Source: a virus
Length of the DNA: 64,000 nucleotides
IMG/VR virus record: IMGVR_UViG_3300029368_000161
Strand: one strand, 5' to 3'
Shown: in pieces, positions 63,769-64,000 of the stretch
Layout: every line of letters starts with the position of its first letter
How positions within the stretch are numbered: position 1 is the stretch's first letter
Program-made: the position numbers and the translations under genes
The notes under the pieces: generated by a model
What the model saw: the letters and a program-made list of their open reading frames with translations, nothing else
What the model was told of the DNA's origin: nothing
Database searches by the model: none

Positions 63769-64000
63769 TAACAAAGGCAAGATCAACAGGAAGAAACGTT
63801 TTGGAAAGTCGGTAAAGAACCGGTGCCCGGGCGGTTTCCAGGCTGCCGTGGAAAATAAGTTCAAAACATCCGGCGGTACATACATAGAAGTACCCAATAA
63901 TTACAGAGCAAGCCAGTATGATCACACGGCAGATGATTACATTAAAAAGAAACTGTCTGACAGGATGTATAAACTTGCAGACGGGACACTGGTACAAAGG

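Overview
This 64-kb window looks like part of a mobile genetic element from a low-GC Gram-positive (Clostridia-like) host, most plausibly a large phage, prophage or megaplasmid. The evidence is strong AGGAGG-type ribosome-binding sites, dozens of short gene cassettes each bounded by a Rho-independent terminator, and two reiterated promoter families. One family (type A) is TTTCATATT-N8-TGTAAAC followed by a CGAAAGGAGAAAA leader, at least 15 copies on both strands. The other (type B) is TTGACG-N-AAAGGCGCAATATGTGTA, 11 copies. No capsid, terminase or tail genes fall in the window. Recognisable genes include NAD-dependent DNA ligase, a CCA-adding enzyme, an SF2 DEAH helicase, a large C5-cytosine methyltransferase, a beta-class N6/N4 methyltransferase, flotillin, nucleoside hydrolase-like and HAD-like enzymes, ASCH and GNAT proteins, and an FtsH-like M41 peptidase encoded separately from an AAA ATPase. 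There is a complete IS3-family element, a partial IS1182-family transposase at the left edge, and a TnpB-like gene disrupted by an insertion. A minus-strand cluster of 13 tRNA genes plus one outlying tRNA-Phe-like gene carries no encoded CCA ends. The most notable feature is a minimal type I-C CRISPR-Cas locus containing only cas5c-cas8c-cas7c, with no cas3, cas4, cas1 or cas2 anywhere in the window. It has an 11-repeat array with canonical I-C repeats (ending GGATTGAAAT) and three mini-arrays of degenerate repeats elsewhere in the element, two of which share a near-identical repeat-spacer-repeat unit. One spacer of the main array partly matches the element's own type-B promoter family. A degenerate solitary repeat sits in the cas5c 5' UTR, and paralogous membrane-protein genes lie directly downstream of two arrays. 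A conserved structured leader RNA family of about 150 nt (3 copies, with covarying stems and a tRNA T-arm-like hairpin followed by a U-tract) lies downstream of type-B promoters. Coordinates derived by hand, especially tRNAs and motif boundaries, may be off by 1-2 nt.
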